A stretch of DNA of 64,000 nt from a virus. The notes beneath the pieces were generated by a model. It saw only the letters and a list, made by a program, of their open reading frames with translations, was not told the DNA's origin and did not search any database. Below are positions 63,773 to 64,000 of this stretch, one piece after another. Within the stretch, counting starts at the first letter, position 1. Every line of letters begins with the position of its first letter. The stretch spans positions 1 to 64,000 of the IMG/VR virus record IMGVR_UViG_3300023440_000001; one strand, given 5' to 3'. A program made the position numbers and the translations under genes.

Positions 63773-64000
63773 GTGACCTACTACCACATCTCGCATATTC
63801 CTGGCCTGCGGGAACTGCGCCCGTTTCAAGGCCGGGTTTACGTTACCACCAGAGGCTGGATCGCCTACTGGGCTGCCTGGGTCTCCGGTAAGCACGATCG
63901 CCCGCATGACGAGCTGTATGTCTATCGGGTCGACGTACCGGATGACGCTGTTATCGGTTGCGGTATCGAAAGCGCTGTGGTGGGTGACTTCTACGTCGAA
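63773..64000 (+). CDS. Partial ORF, possible ADP-ribosyltransferase-like fold
   Basis: GGAGGT plus GTG; MTYYHISHIPGLRELRP..RVYVT..LYVYRVD; open to the window end. Confidence 0.4.
   Translation, partial: MTYYHISHIPGLRELRPFQGRVYVTTRGWIAYWAAWVSGKHDRPHDELYVYRVDVPDDAVIGCGIESAVVGDFYVE

Overview
This window is part of a large tailed-phage genome with a contractile tail, and it carries a plasmid-type replicon, so it is probably a phage-plasmid. A T9SS-type secreted protein points to an FCB-group host. 1-42.6 kb (minus strand) is the virion and packaging arm: TerL with a mini-intein, portal, prohead protease, scaffold, HK97-type capsid, sheath, four tube-like paralogs and chaperones. It also holds two giant genes. 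One encodes 2707 aa with an intein, a PD-(D/E)XK nuclease and an HExxH domain. The other is a >1575-aa ORF absent from the ORF track (4725 to <1), which I translated by hand; it has a DEDDh exonuclease followed by ordered RNA polymerase beta/Rpb2-like motifs. 42.7-49.4 kb holds XRE-HTH/PAS regulators, ParA, a repeat-containing partner gene, 4+4 inverted iterons and a Rep-like initiator. 54.3-64 kb (plus strand) looks like the early arm: a single-chain YonO/RdRP-like two-barrel RNA polymerase, two radical SAM enzymes, a Csx3-like ring nuclease and several structured intergenic RNA candidates. An 11-copy motif, KTGACATAHCTA, precedes minus-strand genes and looks like a phage-specific late promoter. 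The best candidate new system is a self-contained transcription programme: a virion-borne exonuclease-RNAP fusion, a second single-chain RNAP and a dedicated promoter. All assignments come from reading motifs by eye, reference motifs are recalled from memory, and no searches were run.
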